A DNA stretch of 63,871 nucleotides, filler included, from Octopus bimaculoides (Eukaryota), in the NCBI RefSeq assembly GCF_001194135.2. It is 5 parts of 4 records of this genome, joined end to end, with 100 filler letters (N's around TTAATTAATTAA, not from the genome) between each part and the next. Parts side by side here need not be neighbours in the genome. Positions count along the whole stretch, not along the records: positions 61,991 to 63,871 come from NC_068981.1; 4 more parts are not named here. One strand, 5' to 3'. The notes under the pieces are model-generated. The model ran no database searches and was not told where the DNA came from. It worked only from the letters and a program-made list of their open reading frames with translations. How positions within the stretch are numbered: the first letter of the stretch is position 1; every line of letters starts with the position of its first letter. Made by a program: the position numbers and the translations under genes. Positions 63,772 to 63,871 of the stretch are shown here, in pieces.

Positions 63772-63871
63772 AATTTAAGGATTGGAGAAAACGCATGTTA
63801 TAATTGCATACTTTATTCCTACATATGTTTCAAAGGATTACAACCTGTGTGATCCATAGGGATCTTTGATA

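Overview
AT-rich, repeat-dense eukaryotic DNA. It is most likely from an octopus or other coleoid cephalopod draft scaffold, inferred from the SINE/LINE families and the very high microsatellite load. I cannot support any intact host protein-coding gene; most long ORF-track entries are artefacts of N-gaps or microsatellites. The window is a transposon graveyard: R4/Dong-type LINE fragments tied to (TAA)n arrays, RTE LINE pieces, several tRNA-derived SINE families, at least four Penelope-like GIY-YIG remnants, five mariner-derived units (one full-length with TIRs and a TA duplication) and a Gypsy pol fragment. The most interesting structures are: (i) a 2.84-kb unit in which 77-bp inverted repeats enclose a Gypsy RT-RNaseH-integrase segment; (ii) minimal hammerhead-ribozyme motifs at 18.36 kb and 53.73 kb, the latter inside a 353-bp-period direct-repeat unit resembling a non-LTR retrozyme; (iii) a mariner foldback built from two 3' ends; (iv) an inverted Penelope pair; (v) a CpG-retaining domain (about 31-43 kb) with candidate promoter motifs. 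Four NNN-TTAATTAATTAA-NNN blocks are artificial contig linkers, so adjacency across them is unproven. Coordinates of degraded repeats are approximate (about 10-20 bp) and were read by eye.
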